NCBI GenBank assembly: GCA_000708835.1
Contig: DF236954.1
Coordinates: forward strand, 298,052 to 362,051
DNA: 64,000 nt
Reading direction: 5' to 3'
From: Klebsormidium nitens
Lineage: Eukaryota; Plantae; Klebsormidiophyceae
This document shows, in pieces, positions 63,511-64,000 of this stretch. Each line of letters opens with the position of its first letter. Position 1 is the stretch's first letter. The position numbers were made by a program, and so were the translations under genes. The notes below the pieces were generated by a model that was not told where the DNA came from, ran no database searches, and saw only the letters and a list, made by a program, of their open reading frames with translations.

Positions 63511-64000
63511 ATGCCGCCGCCATCCGCTGAAGGTTTCACCTGTGACAGAGGGCTACACTCGCTTCCAATTGACGTCCTTTGCGTCATTCTGAGCAAGGTC
63601 GCTGCACAGGACCCTCCCTCCTTTCTAGAAGCCACGCGCGTATGCAGAGTCTTCCAAGATATCGCGTCAGATGAACAGCTATGCTTGTGGAAGAAGGTTC
63701 TCATTGGATATGGTCAGCTGCGTGATGACACTCCAGAAACGAAGACCTTTGACGACACAGTTGCCAGCTTCAGCGGATACAAAAGTCTGGTAGAAGCTCG
63801 CTGGGGGAAGCCAAGCTGCGCATCCTATGACTCCAGCTCTGATGACCAGAAGCCCAGAGAAGAAGGGGGCGCTGCATGCCTAGAGACTAGGTTTCTCTTC
63901 CTTTCCAGGTCGCTGGAGGGACACTTGGTGATGTGGGGCGTTTCTAAAGAGGATCTGAAAGGCTTGGAGTTAGGCATGTACCTGAATGGGGGAGTTGGCG
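63511..64000 (+). CDS. Intronless F-box-like protein C2, 5' part (runs off the window); inverted paralog of C1
   Basis: Absent from the ORF track (no stop in the window). MPPPSAEGFTCDRGLHSLPIDVLCVILSKVAAQDPPSFLEATRVCRVFQDIASDEQLCLWKK...FSGYKSLVEARWGK. Confidence 0.85.
   Translation, partial: MPPPSAEGFTCDRGLHSLPIDVLCVILSKVAAQDPPSFLEATRVCRVFQDIASDEQLCLWKKVLIGYGQLRDDTPETKTFDDTVASFSGYKSLVEARWGKPSCASYDSSSDDQKPREEGGAACLETRFLFLSRSLEGHLVMWGVSKEDLKGLELGMYLNGGVG

Noticed and set aside
1-64000. tRNA, rRNA, intact LTR/LINE/DNA transposon
   Set aside because: No cloverleaf, rRNA, RT, integrase or transposase signature recognised by eye; a covariance-model or TE search could still find decayed ones.

Overview
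Eukaryotic, intron-rich nuclear DNA from a flagellate streptophyte alga (Klebsormidium-like). This lineage call is inferred from GT-AG introns, GC-rich exons, and pTAC2 and IFT140 occurring together. I reconstructed 14 genes or gene-like units by hand: BMS1 (-, 3' end outside the window), pTAC2 PPR-SMR (+, 11 exons), two tandem-duplicated head-to-head cassettes of intronless F-box-like genes separated by a decayed pTAC2 fragment, a PLAC8 gene (-), an orphan gene with 27-aa repeats (+), a chloroplast RbgA GTPase (-), a His-rich membrane protein (+), an unknown 2-TM protein (-), IFT140 (+, 28 exons) and a third head-to-head F-box pair. The main unexplained signal is a set of 'exon echoes': introns of four unrelated genes carry tandem partial copies of the neighbouring exon edge together with its splice site. 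Spacing clusters at about 152-163 bp, and the best-preserved copies differ from the real exon mostly at synonymous sites. The genes also alternate strand strictly, as seven divergent pairs separated by CATG-rich convergent spacers. All exon coordinates and counts were made by eye.
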